From a virus, in IMG/VR virus record IMGVR_UViG_3300010885_044958, positions 32,001 to 96,000 of that record: a stretch of DNA of 64,000 nucleotides; one strand, written 5' to 3'. A program made the translations under genes and the position numbers. The notes below the pieces were generated by a model. The model saw only the letters and a list, made by a program, of their open reading frames with translations, did not search any database and had not been told where the DNA came from. Positions 63,818-64,000 of the stretch are shown one piece after another (within the stretch, counting starts at the first letter, position 1; the number at the start of each line of letters is the position of its first letter).

Positions 63818-64000
63818 AGAAACACCTATTGTTATTAATAATTATTGCCGATTGTCTACAACAAGACAATTGTATAAAGATCTTACTAGATTAGGTTATA
63901 CAAATATAATTATTTTAGATAATAGATCAACGTATCAACCATTACTTGATTGGTATAAATCTATGAAAGATAAACCAAATCTTACAATAGAGTTATTAGA
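63798..64000 (+). CDS. GT2-like glycosyltransferase (3' truncated by the window edge)
   Basis: Translated by hand: MSTELYKETPIVINNYCRL...IIILDNRSTYQPLLDWY. Confidence 0.6.
   Translation, partial: MSTELYKETPIVINNYCRLSTTRQLYKDLTRLGYTNIIILDNRSTYQPLLDWYKSMKDKPNLTIELL

Noticed and set aside
1-64000. Stop-codon reassignment (TAG or TGA), as in some crAss-like phages
   Set aside because: Code 11 gives dense, full-length genes. TAG and TGA end genes at sensible junctions, and no suppressor tRNA was seen.
1-64000. Prophage or bacterial chromosome origin
   Set aside because: No integrase, att site or housekeeping operon. recA, ssrA and phoH sit among phage-type genes of similar composition.

Overview
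AT-rich, densely coded segment of a lytic tailed-phage genome, most consistent with a crAss-like (Crassvirales-type) phage of a Bacteroidetes host. This call rests on the PolB-helicase-AAA-SSB-primase module, the Bacteroidetes-type TTTG-N20-TAnnTTT(G/A) promoters and the A-rich, SD-less starts. There are three blocks. (1) 1-5415 (+): the end of a very large virion-type protein, a spanin-like protein, a ferritin-like protein and an Endo VII nuclease. (2) 5412-54619 (-): nucleotide-pool enzymes, RecA, an exonuclease, an 8-gene amidoligase/ATP-grasp/glutamine-amidotransferase/GGCT cluster, replication genes, an RNA ligase, tRNA-Arg, tmRNA, a sigma-like factor, and many small early genes separated by structured spacers. 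(3) 54784-64000 (+): tRNA-Gln, an HU-like protein, a PD-(D/E)XK nuclease, five glycosyltransferase-like genes and PhoH. The most notable observations are: free-standing homing endonucleases that appear to have entered the first codons of polB and of the GGCT gene, leaving the old start stranded and supplying a new one; a repeated promoter-proximal RNA leader whose 5' end is complementary to the loop of its own terminator; a class II amidotransferase whose catalytic Cys sits behind a hydrophobic leader; and tRNA/tmRNA genes with non-canonical T-loops. All product calls come from motif recognition by eye; no database searches were run.
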